Source of the DNA: an uncultured Rivularia sp.
GTDB lineage: Bacteria > Cyanobacteriota > Cyanobacteriia > Cyanobacteriales > Nostocaceae
Direction: 5' to 3'
DNA: 64,000 nt
Assembly: GCA_963665115.1 (NCBI GenBank)
Contig: OY762007.1
Coordinates: 672,001-736,000 of the forward strand
Of the stretch, positions 42,235 to 52,873 are shown piece by piece. The notes under the pieces are model-generated. The model made no database searches, was not told the origin of the DNA, and saw nothing but the letters and a program-made list of their open reading frames with translations. Each line of letters starts with the position of its first letter. Within the stretch, counting starts at the first letter, position 1. The translations under genes were made by a program, and so were the position numbers.

Positions 42235-44232
42235 ATGAAAAACATTGTTGATGGCAGAATTAAGTTTGTTATTTACAATTTGTTAGGGCAAGAGAAAGCT
42301 TACTATATTGCAGACAAATTTGTTTTAAATAGTTTGAATATAGAAGAACCTTTGGCTATTGATTATAGTTATCAAGTTTTTCTATCTGAAGATGCAAAAA
42401 TAATTCAATGTACTGCGGGAATATTAAAAGTTAACAAGTTGCAGCCAGAAGATACGGGAATAATTTATAAATACAAGCCAATTAGCAAAGAAACCTTCAC
42501 GCAATTAGAAGTACCAGTTGTGCAAAATCATCAGGCTGTTTATGTTTTTGTAAAAGCTAATTTAGCTGAAGGTAATTTGAATATTGCCAAATATGCTTTA
42601 TTCAGTACTTTCAACGAAAAATTAATAGCAAAACACGCTCAAGCATTAACAAATCAGCAGCTTGCGAACTTTGAGCGCGATATTGAAACAGCAATATTTT
42701 CTTCTGAAGTAATGCAAGAATCGGGACTTATTCAGATGCGAGAAAATGACAGTATTTCTTTATTAGAACTGATTCAAATTTTAGAATCACATCGTCACAG
42801 CATTATCGTTAACTTGAAACACTTACGAGGAAATTATCAGTACAAAGGTGTAAAAAGGCTGAAAGGAAGTCGAGATATAAATGGGCAACTAATTAAACCT
42901 TGGCTGAAAACAGAATACATTGATAACGGTGATTATGTCGAAATGGGTTGCTTTGAAATGAACCGCAACACCGCTACGATAAATATGCTGGTAACTCATA
43001 AAGTTAAACTTGTAAAAACAGAAGATGAAACCCCAATTATCGAAATTGCAGGTTTATTAGCTAATGATTTGACTAGCTATAACAATTATACGATAGTTAG
43101 CGACGGTGAAATAAATATCAAATCGCTAAAGGTGAAAATTAGCAGTAAGAAAACCTTTGATTTATTAAAGCAAAAAGGTGTAATTACAGCAGAAACATTT
43201 GACTTCCGCACTTGCCATACAATTGATTTAGAATTACCGTTGGTACCGTTGAATGGAAAATACAGCAACATTGACGGTTTATTTGAGCGGTTAGCAGAAG
43301 TAAAAATCCTGACGAGCATCATTTCCGCGCATTTGAAACAAGAATCGGATGCTTTTGTACCCGAGCAATTGGATGAATTAAAAAAGCATTATTTATCTAA
43401 AAATCTTTATCTCAACTTTCCGACAACTAAAGCTGGAGGGGCGATCGATACGCGAATCAGCTATAAAATTGATATTGGAAATAAAGATGTTCTCAACTTG
43501 AGTAAACTTTATTCTGCAAATAAATTCTTAGAAAGAAGATATGAGGTTTACGATACTGAAACAGGAGAAATTTTTAGTAAACCAACCTTTGAAATGACTT
43601 TGAGAGAAAATATAGCCGTTCGTCAAAAGTCGCTTTCACCCAGGATGAAAATTAGCAAAGTTGATGAATTGATGAAGCCGATTTTTGATGATTTTTTGGG
43701 AATTGTAAGTAATGGGAAGGTTGCGGGGATTTTAGCGAAAGTTGGTCATATTTATAATGGTAGTAGTGGGAGCATCTTGCTCCCTAGATTTAATCAAAGC
43801 GAGCAAGATAAGGTTATTTCTCGCGAGCAAGATCGGGTTATTTCTAGCGAGCAAGATCGGGTTATTTCTAACGAGCAAGATCGGGTTATTTCTAGCGAGC
43901 AAGATGCTCGCACTACGATGAATGCGAAATTAGGAAAACAAGAAAAAATTACAGCGTTAACGGTAGCGAAAACGAAATTGGATGAATATGTAGAGAAGAT
44001 TTATCGGGATAGAATTTCACCTTTGGTATTTTATATTGGCTCCACCGGGCTTTTACCCGATGGCATGGAAGGGAAAGTTATGAGTGCAATTCAACTTGCA
44101 GCAAAATATCCGAATTTAAGTTTTTCAAAGGATGAGGGAGAAGGGTTATTTTTTGAAGTTGGTGATAGTTTGATTGGGGTTTATGAAAAGGTTGAGTGTT
44201 TTAGTCGGAAGGATTTAGTCGAAGTTGGGTAA
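42235..44232 (+). CDS. Large hypothetical protein with an in-frame repeat insertion
   Basis: 665-aa ORF; (SEQDRVIS)n tract; C-terminal PLVFYIGSTGLLPD. Confidence 0.75.
   Translation: MKNIVDGRIKFVIYNLLGQEKAYYIADKFVLNSLNIEEPLAIDYSYQVFLSEDAKIIQCTAGILKVNKLQPEDTGIIYKYKPISKETFTQLEVPVVQNHQAVYVFVKANLAEGNLNIAKYALFSTFNEKLIAKHAQALTNQQLANFERDIETAIFSSEVMQESGLIQMRENDSISLLELIQILESHRHSIIVNLKHLRGNYQYKGVKRLKGSRDINGQLIKPWLKTEYIDNGDYVEMGCFEMNRNTATINMLVTHKVKLVKTEDETPIIEIAGLLANDLTSYNNYTIVSDGEINIKSLKVKISSKKTFDLLKQKGVITAETFDFRTCHTIDLELPLVPLNGKYSNIDGLFERLAEVKILTSIISAHLKQESDAFVPEQLDELKKHYLSKNLYLNFPTTKAGGAIDTRISYKIDIGNKDVLNLSKLYSANKFLERRYEVYDTETGEIFSKPTFEMTLRENIAVRQKSLSPRMKISKVDELMKPIFDDFLGIVSNGKVAGILAKVGHIYNGSSGSILLPRFNQSEQDKVISREQDRVISSEQDRVISNEQDRVISSEQDARTTMNAKLGKQEKITALTVAKTKLDEYVEKIYRDRISPLVFYIGSTGLLPDGMEGKVMSAIQLAAKYPNLSFSKDEGEGLFFEVGDSLIGVYEKVECFSRKDLVEVG
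43763..43916. repeat. REP-derived in-frame insertion with 24-bp tandem units
   Basis: GTAGTGGGAGCATCTTGCTCCC...(GCGAGCAAGATCGGGTTATTTCTA)x~4...GCGAGCAAGATGCTCGCACTAC. Confidence 0.85.
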
Positions 44233-44261
44233 GTAAGTATCGCCGTCACCGGCTTATGGGT

Positions 44262-44352
44262 GCGGTTACACAAACGAAGCCCACCTGCGTGGGCTATAGC
44301 CTGCGGAGGCAGGCTTTGTAATTGTAGCCCCAGCCTTCTAGGCTGAGGGCTT
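44262..44352. repeat. Cluster of short palindromes (REP-like)
   Basis: AGCCCACCTGCGTGGGCT, AGCCTGCGGAGGCAGGCT and CAGCCTTCTAGGCTG hairpins. Confidence 0.6.
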
Positions 44353-44461
44353 TTATGGTGTAATTCAAAATCCCCATATCCTTGACAAGTATTAAGAAAA
44401 CACAATATATCTGAAGCAGGGCACAATAGAGAAACATAAGAGCATAAAATGCCCGCGTACA

Positions 44462-45608
44462 ATGAGTTACTGTCTTAATCCAAATTGTCCAAATCCGCAA
44501 AATACGAATAGTGAAAAGTTTTGCTTGAGTTGTGGTTATAAGTTACTGCTCAAGGAGCGCTATCGGGCGATGAAACCTATAGGGCAAGGTGGTTTTAGCA
44601 GGACTTTTTTGGCTCGGGATGAAGATAAACCGTCTCTACCTCTTTGTGTAATTAAACAGTTTTATCCGCAAGCTCAAGGTACTAGTACTTTAGCTAAGGC
44701 GATAGAATTATTTAATCATGAAGCGATGCGTTTGGAAGAATTGGGCAAGCATCGACAAATACCCGAACTTTTAGCGTATTTTACTCAAGATGATAGACAA
44801 TATTTGCTGCAAGAATTTATTGATGGTTTGAATTTGGGGCAGGAATTACAGCAAAACGGGGTTTATAGTGAAACTCAAATTCAACACTTTTTAAATGAAT
44901 TGTTGAGAATTTTACAATTTTGTCATCAAAAACAAATTATTCATCGCGATATTAAACCCGAAAATATTATTCGTCGTCAAAATCCTACTAAGTTGAGGGG
45001 GCAAATTGTATTAGTGGATTTTGGCGCTTCTAAAGTTGTCACTCAAGCTTCCATGCAGCAAACGGGTACGAGTATTGGTAGCCCGGAATATGTAGCGCCG
45101 GAGCAGATGAGAGGAAGGGCGCTTTTTGCCAGCGATATTTACAGTTTGGGAGTTACCTGCATACATTTGTTAACAGGGCGATCGCCTTTTGATTTATACG
45201 ATATTAATAATGATGTTTGGCTGTGGCGAGATTATCTCCAAGCTAGCATTAATGTGGATTTGGGCAGAATATTAGATAAAATGATGGCGACTACTCCCGC
45301 ACGTCGCTATCAAACTGTAGATGAAGTATTAAGAGATTTGAATAAATTACCGACTTTGATTTCGCAAACTGGGAATGTTGTAAAGCCAGTTTCCCACACC
45401 ATCCAAACCAACTCCACCAACTATTGTTTCATCTTCTCCGAGTCAAATAGATAAGGAATTGGAAGAGATGAAAACAGTATTTATGAAAGGTAAAAAAGCT
45501 CTTAGTCAAAATTCAGCATCTTCTCAAGGTACGCCACAATCAGCAACGAATAGCAAAATAGATGATGAATTGGAAGAATTAAGAAAGAAGTATGGGAATA
45601 ATTCTTAG
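44462..45608 (+). CDS. Ser/Thr protein kinase (Pkn2-type) with N-terminal 4-Cys motif; C-terminal tail shifted by one extra base near 45394
   Basis: YCLNPNC..FCLSCG, GQGGFSRTF, HRDIKPENI, DFG, YVAPE, SDIYSLG; the alternative frame continues SQIDKELEEMK...KIDDELEELRKKYGNNS* to 45608. Confidence 0.88.
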
Positions 45609-45817
45609 GGAATGGGGCATTGGGTGTTAATACTTAAATTTTATCAAATATTATTTCTATAAAAGCTTTTATTAGAACATTAATACATACCGATTATAAG
45701 ATTTACTTCAGTAATTACCGTACAAGATAAAGTTTCAGTATTGTCTCGGTAATCTCTTGAGAATCCTATGGTTAGCATGAGTAGATAAATATGTGATTTA
45801 TTGAAATTGTTAATAGG

Positions 45818-47113
45818 ATGAAATACGCAAAACTTTTATCTTTGAGCTTAGTTGTATTTACATTATTTGGCTGCAATCAACCTTCTGCTACAAGTGAGAT
45901 TGAGAATACAGTAGAAGCAGCAAATGCACCTCAAGAAGAAAATCCTGCTTCTCAACAAGCTGAAGACAAACCATCAAATGAATTTTCCTCTAATAAGAAG
46001 AATCCAATTAGGAAACAAATTGAATCGAGATTTGACTGTAATGGTGATGGAAAAGCGAATGGTGCGCGTATAGATACCAATGGTGATGGAATACCCGATG
46101 AGTGTATTGAAAGCGATGAAAAAACCAAATCAGTTATTGAGGAAACTTCTTACAATAGCGCATTAAAATCTTTAAAATCTTTAACCAAAGGTTGTAAAAA
46201 AACTGAGAAAACCGAAGGAGTTCGCTATTATTCAATTTGTAAAAAAGGCGGCGAGGTTGTAGAGGCTAGCGAATATAATTCTGAAGCTGGTGCTGGCTTA
46301 ACCTTTTGGTTCCATAACGGTAAAGTTGTCGCAGTACAAAGACCTCATAGTGAAGAAACTTTTGTTTACAATAATGGTAAACTTAACTCAAAGTTTATTT
46401 ACCCCAGAAAAGTTAAAAGTATTAGCAATCAAGATCGTGAGGATGCTAAATCCTTGTATAATGCTCACGAGCGAATTTTTGCAGCTTTTAATAATAACTC
46501 ATCTGGAAAAACAACAGCAACTCCAAAACAGAATTCCTCTTCTCAATACGGAACTTTAGAAGAATTAAACGCGAAAATAAAAAAACGTAACGGCAGAATT
46601 ATCGGCTCGGCTAGCTGCGATGGCGATGGAAAAGAAAATGATGTTCGCGTTGATTTCAATGGCGATGGAATGCCAGATGAATGCGTTACCGCGAATCTCA
46701 AAATACATCCATCAATTCAAGAAGAAACTCTTGAAACTGTTAGTGCTACCTTAAATTATTTGGAAAAAGGCTGTAACACGGCTTCTAAAAGTCAAGGTAA
46801 TTACGATTATTATATTTGTAAAAAAGATGGTAAGATTGTAAAAGCGATTAAATCTCAAAAGGAATCTGCTGCTTCGGTTATGTATTGGTTTGAAAATGGG
46901 AACCCGCTTGCAATTCAGAGAATTGATAGCAACTATAAAAACGATTTTTTCGTATATTATCCAGACGGTAAGCTTAGTTCAATATTTAATGTTTTTGCTG
47001 GCGAAGGTGATAATTCTAAAAGAATATTGAATTTCAATAATCAACAAATTCAAGAAGCTGGAAATTTGGTTAATAGTTATCAAGATATCTTTCAAGTCTT
47101 TGGCGTTAACTAA
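45818..47113 (+). CDS. Lipoprotein with two internal domain copies carrying DxDGDG Ca-binding-like loops
   Basis: Lipobox LFGC; DCNGDGKANGARIDTNGDGIPDEC and SCDGDGKENDVRVDFNGDGMPDEC, each followed by KGC...YxICKK.G...WF.NG. Confidence 0.75.
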   Translation: MKYAKLLSLSLVVFTLFGCNQPSATSEIENTVEAANAPQEENPASQQAEDKPSNEFSSNKKNPIRKQIESRFDCNGDGKANGARIDTNGDGIPDECIESDEKTKSVIEETSYNSALKSLKSLTKGCKKTEKTEGVRYYSICKKGGEVVEASEYNSEAGAGLTFWFHNGKVVAVQRPHSEETFVYNNGKLNSKFIYPRKVKSISNQDREDAKSLYNAHERIFAAFNNNSSGKTTATPKQNSSSQYGTLEELNAKIKKRNGRIIGSASCDGDGKENDVRVDFNGDGMPDECVTANLKIHPSIQEETLETVSATLNYLEKGCNTASKSQGNYDYYICKKDGKIVKAIKSQKESAASVMYWFENGNPLAIQRIDSNYKNDFFVYYPDGKLSSIFNVFAGEGDNSKRILNFNNQQIQEAGNLVNSYQDIFQVFGVN

Positions 47114-47158
47114 TTTTATTTCAATTAAATAAAGGACATTTCAAAAGTCTTTAATATT

Positions 47159-47265
47159 TACAGCACTTTGCAGATGAACGAGGTACAAAGCTATATTCTA
47201 AAAGTCTTGTGGGATGGGCATCCCTGCCCGTCCGAATGTACTTCACCAAAGTCAAATATGCTGTA
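47159..47265. mobile_element. 107-bp TA-flanked MITE
   Basis: TACAGCA...TGCTGTA ends; core shared with 7427-7530. Confidence 0.7.
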
Positions 47266-47332
47266 ATTTGAAAAAGAAAGTAGAGAGCAGAAAGTAGAAA
47301 AAAGATTCATTTCCGTAGTGGGAGCATCTTGC

Positions 47333-47514
47333 TCCCTAACTACTAAAGAGCAAAATGTGCATTAACTCTAAAATTTCTTCCCTAACTACTAAAGAGCAAA
47401 ATGTGCATTAACTCTAAAATTTCTTCCCTAACTACTAAAGAGCAAAATGTGCATTAACTCTAAAATTTCTTCCCTAACTACTAAAGAGCAAAATGTGCAT
47501 TAACTCTAAAATTT
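47333..47514. repeat. 46-bp perfect tandem repeat x4 adjoining a REP half-site and the stop codon of the TPR protease
   Basis: TCCCTAACTACTAAAGAGCAAAATGTGCATTAACTCTAAAATTTCT at 47333, 47379, 47425, 47471. Confidence 0.92.
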
Positions 47515-50247
47515 ATTCACCAAATCCAACATCACCTGATGCATATCACTTCTGCCTTTATCTTGATACAATTCGGCAGCTTTTTGTAAATCGCTTTTCG
47601 CTCCTTGTTTATCCTGTAAATTATCGCGAAGTAAACCGCGCTTGTAATAAGCTGAAGGTAGATTTGCATCCAAATTTATTGCTTGATCAAAATCTTTCAG
47701 AGCAACTTGTTTATCAGTATTGCTGCGAATTATACCCCTTAATAAGTAACCTTGAGCAAGTTTTGGCTGTAAAGAAATAGCTTTATTAGCATCTGCGATC
47801 GCCCTTTGTTTTTCTCCTCTATCATGATAAACTCTACCTCTAACTACATAAGCTAAAGCTGCTTGAGAATTAATCTTTATCGCTTGATTGGCATCTTTAA
47901 TTGCCGCTTGTTTATTGCCGATACTGTAATAAGCCGAAGCTCTTTTCCAAAAGGCTTGGTCATTTTTAGGGTTAATTTCAACGGCTTTACTAAAGTCAGA
48001 AACAGCCATTTGTTTATTTTGTAAATCGTATTGCAGGCTTCCCCGATTAATAAAAGCTGATTCATCTTGAGGATTGATGGCAATTATTTGAGTATAATCT
48101 TCAACTGCTGCTTGATAATCCTTTTGTTTAATATGAGTAACTGCCCTTGCTAGATAAGCTGGAACATATTTAGGATTAATTTCAATCGACTTTGATAAAT
48201 CGGCAATAGCTTTCTGATAATTTTCCTGTTGCAAATAACTTAAACCGCGCCCTCCATAAGCGATATAATTTGTCGGTTTAATTTTAATCGCTTGGGAAAA
48301 ATCTGCGATTGCTCCTTGATAATCCTTTTGTGAAATGCGAAGAAAAGCCCTACCTTGATAAATATCGGGGTTTTGGGGTTGAATTGATAATCCTTGGCTA
48401 AAATCTTCTATTGCTCCCTGCTTATCTCCCAATTTATTGCGGATACCTGCTCGCATTCCATAAAATAAGGCATTTTTAGGATTAAGACTAATAGCTTTAT
48501 CAGCATCGGCTAAAGCACCTTTTTTATCTCCCAAATCAACGCGAATATTTGCCCGATGCATATAAGCGCTGGCATTCTCTGGGTTTTGATTAATCGCTTT
48601 CGTCATATCTGCCGCACCAGCAGCTTTATCTCCCATTGTAGAAAGAATTAAACCGCGACTTGAATATAAACTTGAATCTTGGGGATTGATGGCAATTGCT
48701 TGATTAATATCTACGAGTGCTTTCTGATAATCCCCTAATTGCCCATAACTAAGACTGCGTTGAGTATAAGCATAAAGATTTTTCGGAGACAGTTGAATTG
48801 CTTTGTTATAATCTCGAATTGCTTCTTGAATGTCTCCCGTGCGAAATAAAATACCGCCACGATTAATGTAAGCTTCAGCCGCTTCAGGTTGAATTGATAT
48901 CGCTTTATTTGCATCAGCTAAAGCTGCTTTGTAATCTCCTAATTCAATATAAATATAACCACGGGATGAATAAGCGCTAGCATTTTTAGAATTAAGACGA
49001 ATTGCTTTATCGAAATCCGCCAGCGCTCCTTCAAAATCAGCGACTTGTTGGCGTAAAGTACCCCTGCTTTCATAAGCATCGGAAGATTTAGGAGCAAGTT
49101 TAACAGCATAGTTAGCATCTGCAATTGCTTGTTTCAAGTTTGCTGTAGCTGCATGAAGAAAAGCTCGGAATGAATAATAAGAAGCTTCTTCGGGATTAAG
49201 TTTGATTGCTTGATTAACATCTTTAATAGCTGACGGAATTTTTTTTAATACAAAGTTAACCGAAGCACGACTCATGTAAGCAATTTCAGATTTAGGGTTT
49301 AACTTAATTGCTCGATTAGCATCACCCATTGCTTTTTTATATTCCCCAACTCTGAGATGAGCAAAGCTACGTTTTCCGTAAGCTGCTGAATATTTAGGCT
49401 TTAAACTGATAGCTCGGTTAAAATCTGTAATTGCAGCCTGCCAGTTATCATTTTTAGTGTTTTCTCCACCGCGTATAAAGTAATCATCTGCCGTTACCGC
49501 TTTGGCTATTTGAGGAGGTATTTTAATCCCTAAGTTAATACCTACTTCAGTTTGATTTTGTAAAAGCGTATTGATGGGAATTCCTAAATTAAATCCAGTT
49601 TTGATAAAAGCAATTTCAGGATTAACCGCAGAAACTTCGATATTATCTCGAATATCGGCTCTACCATGCACCCCAACTAATTCACCTTTATCGTTTAATA
49701 TTGCTCCACCGCTCATTCCCGGTAAGGTGTCGTTACTGTAAACCAACCCGTAACCATCCTTTAGCGGTTGGGAAGCATTTGCAGTAATTTCACCTTTAGT
49801 AAATGTATAAATTGAACGAGAAATCGCCGCCGTACTTTTAGGAAAACCAGCGATATAAGCCGTAGTGCCTTCTTGACAGGTATTGGAATCGCCGATTTTT
49901 GCAACTTGATAATTTTGATTGCTAGTAAATTCAGCAACAGCTAAATCAACTCCTTTAATTCGTTTGATACTGTTTTTATTAATTGGATAGCGTTGATTAT
50001 CCGGGCTAATAATTTCATAGTTATCTTGTCTTCCTACAACATGAGCGGCTGTAATAAAGGTGTAATTATTTCCTTGCTTTTTGATAATTACTCCGCTACC
50101 GTTGCTATTTGGGCTATTAACTAATACGGTGATTCCCTTCGCAATTTCGTTTACTCGCGGGGAAGATTGAGCATTAGTAATCTGTGGCTGTACTATTGCG
50201 ATTGATGTACCGATAAGTGTTGATGTAAGTAGATAGTTAAATTTCAT
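47506..50247 (-). CDS. Secreted trypsin-like serine protease with long TPR array (paralog B2)
   Basis: Signal-like N-terminus; TAAHV, DLAV, GMSGG triad; about 19 TPRs. Confidence 0.9.
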   Translation of the reverse strand: MKFNYLLTSTLIGTSIAIVQPQITNAQSSPRVNEIAKGITVLVNSPNSNGSGVIIKKQGNNYTFITAAHVVGRQDNYEIISPDNQRYPINKNSIKRIKGVDLAVAEFTSNQNYQVAKIGDSNTCQEGTTAYIAGFPKSTAAISRSIYTFTKGEITANASQPLKDGYGLVYSNDTLPGMSGGAILNDKGELVGVHGRADIRDNIEVSAVNPEIAFIKTGFNLGIPINTLLQNQTEVGINLGIKIPPQIAKAVTADDYFIRGGENTKNDNWQAAITDFNRAISLKPKYSAAYGKRSFAHLRVGEYKKAMGDANRAIKLNPKSEIAYMSRASVNFVLKKIPSAIKDVNQAIKLNPEEASYYSFRAFLHAATANLKQAIADANYAVKLAPKSSDAYESRGTLRQQVADFEGALADFDKAIRLNSKNASAYSSRGYIYIELGDYKAALADANKAISIQPEAAEAYINRGGILFRTGDIQEAIRDYNKAIQLSPKNLYAYTQRSLSYGQLGDYQKALVDINQAIAINPQDSSLYSSRGLILSTMGDKAAGAADMTKAINQNPENASAYMHRANIRVDLGDKKGALADADKAISLNPKNALFYGMRAGIRNKLGDKQGAIEDFSQGLSIQPQNPDIYQGRAFLRISQKDYQGAIADFSQAIKIKPTNYIAYGGRGLSYLQQENYQKAIADLSKSIEINPKYVPAYLARAVTHIKQKDYQAAVEDYTQIIAINPQDESAFINRGSLQYDLQNKQMAVSDFSKAVEINPKNDQAFWKRASAYYSIGNKQAAIKDANQAIKINSQAALAYVVRGRVYHDRGEKQRAIADANKAISLQPKLAQGYLLRGIIRSNTDKQVALKDFDQAINLDANLPSAYYKRGLLRDNLQDKQGAKSDLQKAAELYQDKGRSDMHQVMLDLVNKF

Positions 50248-50297
50248 TCTTATAGTTTTAAAAGTTGAGACAATGTAAAGGGAAGGGTAATTAATGA

Positions 50298-51486
50298 TTA
50301 CCGACTTCTTTGTCTTTTCGTCTGTTTCAAAATATAACTAGCTCGTCGTAAATCTTTAACTGCTCTTTCTTTTTTTCCCAATCTCAGATAACAAGAAGCC
50401 CTACCAATATAAGACACAGCAGCATAAGGACTTTTATTATCAAAAACTAATGCGATACTGAAATCAATAATAGAGCCTCTATAATCGCGCATCCGATTGC
50501 GAGCCATTCCTCTCTTGGTGTAAGCCTTAGAATTTTTCTTATTTATTCCTAATACTTTTGTGTAGCTCTCCTTAGCTTTCTGATAGCTCTTTAATTTATA
50601 AAAAGCATCTCCTAATTTCATATGAGCATCTTCATATTTCGGATTTAAGTTTACTGCTTTAGATAAATCGGTAACAGCAGCTTGATAATTATTATTTTTA
50701 AACTTGTTTCCTCCCTGAAGATAGAAATCATCGGCTTTGGGTTTTGTGGCAACGTTAGTAGGAAGTTTATTAACGTTAGGTTTAATATTCCCAGAAGCAT
50801 AAAGCTGCTTAAATGTATTAATAGGAACAGCCGCATTAAAACCAGTTTTGATAATAATATCGGGATTCATTTCGGATATCTGATAATTTTGAGTGGTATC
50901 TCCCCTACCGTGAATTCCAATTAATTCCCCTTTCTGATTCAATACCGGGCCACCACTCATTCCTGGTAAAGTATTGATAGTATAAATTAGAGTGTAACCT
51001 TCGTTTAAAGTTTCAGAAGCATTGGCGCTAATTCTGCCATCAAGGAAAGTGTAAGTCGATTGGGTAATTACTGCGGTGGGTTTAGGAAAACCAGCGACAT
51101 AAGCAGTAGTTTCCTTCAGTTGCGGTATCGGAATTACCAATCTTTGCCGCAGCATAATTATTATCATTAGTAAAATTCACAACCGCTAAATCAACATTTG
51201 GTAGTTTTTTGACACTACTAACAATATGACGTTGATTATCGGCAGTAACAATTTCGTATTTATCTTCTTTACCTACAACGTGAGCGGCTGTTAAAACGGT
51301 GTAGATATTACCAGATTTATTAATTATTACCCCAGAGCCATTACTATTCTTGCTGTTAATTGAAACAGTAATTTTCTTTGCTAATTGTGCAACCTGGGGT
51401 GAAGATTGCGCTTTTACAGATTGTGGCTGTATTAATGCGATTGATGTGCCAATTAATAGCGGTGAAAGTAGATGATTATATTTCAC
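50298..51486 (-). CDS. Trypsin-like protease + TPR (paralog A2); split by one extra base near 51111
   Basis: ORF 51082-51492 carries TAAHV/DLAV and ORF 50298-51167 carries TTAYVAGFP/GMSGG/TPRs; removing one A restores ATEGTTAYV. Confidence 0.85.
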
Positions 51487-51507
51487 GATCAAAACCCGAT
51501 TAAATTA

Positions 51508-52806
51508 TTAATTACTAGCTTTTTGTTTTAATTGCTCAAACAGATAATTACCATATTTTAGATCGGCAAGTCCCCCTTTTTTATCTCCAGAGCTAAAACG
51601 AGCAATTCCTCTACTTCCATAAGTAATAGCTGCAAGTCTGGTGTTTTTTTCAAATTGCAATACTCTGTTATAATCAGCAATTGCTTTTTTATAGTCTTTC
51701 AATTGATTCCAAGCAAGTCCCCTAATTAGATAGGTTTCGGAATTTACCGGATTAATTTTCAATGCTTGGGTATAGTCGGCGATCGCCCCTTTAATATCTT
51801 TGAAATTAGAGCGGCTGTATCCCCTTTTAATATAAGCTTCTTCATAGTTGGGATTTAATTTAATTGCTCGATTATAGTCGGCTATTGCATTTGAATAATT
51901 TCTTAAAAGCGAGTAGTTATAGCCTCTTTTAAGATATGCTTCTTCATAATTAGGATTTAATTTGATTGCTTGAGTATAATCATCAATTGCTCCTTGATAG
52001 TTTTGATTTTCAGACTTTTTACCACCACGAATGAAAAAGTCATCTGCTGTAAGTATGGAAGCCTGTTTTTCAGGTAAACTTATTCCTAAATCTACTCCGA
52101 CTTTAAGCGACTGTCGGATAAAAGTATTGATGGGAATTCCTAAATTAAAGCCACTCTTAATCACAGCAATTGCAGGATTTGCAGCAGAAACTTCAATATT
52201 AGTATCTCTAATATCTGCCCTGCCATGAATCCCAATTAATTCACCTTTTTGATTCAAAACTGCTCCACCGCTCATTCCCGGTAAAGTGTCGTTGCTATAC
52301 ACCAAACCGTAACCATCCTTTAGCGGTTGGGAAGCATTTGCAGTAATTTCACCCTTCGTAAAAGTATAAATTGAACGAGAAATCGCCGCAGTGGCTTGGG
52401 GAAAACCTGCAACAAAAGCCGTAGTACCTTCTTCGCTGCTATCGGAATTACCAACTTTAGCAACTGGATAATTTTTGTTACTAGTAAATTCAGCAACCGC
52501 TAAATCTACTCCTTCAACTTGTTTAACGCTGCTTTTATTAAGAGAATAACGTTGACTATCAAAAGTAACTATCTTATAATCATCTTGCTTTCTAAGTACG
52601 TGAGCGGCGGTTAAAAAAGTGTAAATATTGCCTTGCTTTTTGATAATTACTCCGCTACCGTTACTATTTGGACTATTTACTAATATAGTAATTTCCTTCG
52701 CAATTTTATTTACCTGATTTAATGCTTGTGCCGATACAACTTGCGGTTGTACAACTACAATTGATGTGCCAACAACTGCGGAAGAAAGTAAATAGTTAAA
52801 TTTCAT
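51508..52806 (-). CDS. Trypsin-like protease + TPR (paralog B1)
   Basis: TAAHV, DLAV, GMSGG; about 5 TPRs. Confidence 0.9.
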   Translation of the reverse strand: MKFNYLLSSAVVGTSIVVVQPQVVSAQALNQVNKIAKEITILVNSPNSNGSGVIIKKQGNIYTFLTAAHVLRKQDDYKIVTFDSQRYSLNKSSVKQVEGVDLAVAEFTSNKNYPVAKVGNSDSSEEGTTAFVAGFPQATAAISRSIYTFTKGEITANASQPLKDGYGLVYSNDTLPGMSGGAVLNQKGELIGIHGRADIRDTNIEVSAANPAIAVIKSGFNLGIPINTFIRQSLKVGVDLGISLPEKQASILTADDFFIRGGKKSENQNYQGAIDDYTQAIKLNPNYEEAYLKRGYNYSLLRNYSNAIADYNRAIKLNPNYEEAYIKRGYSRSNFKDIKGAIADYTQALKINPVNSETYLIRGLAWNQLKDYKKAIADYNRVLQFEKNTRLAAITYGSRGIARFSSGDKKGGLADLKYGNYLFEQLKQKASN

Positions 52807-52873
52807 GCGGTAAATTCTTAAGTTTAATATCTTTGTTAAGATGCAGCACCCGATAATTGAACTGAATTAATAA

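Noticed and set aside
47333..47514. Possible CRISPR array (regular 46-bp period)
   Set aside because: Units are identical end to end with no unique spacers, and no cas genes are nearby
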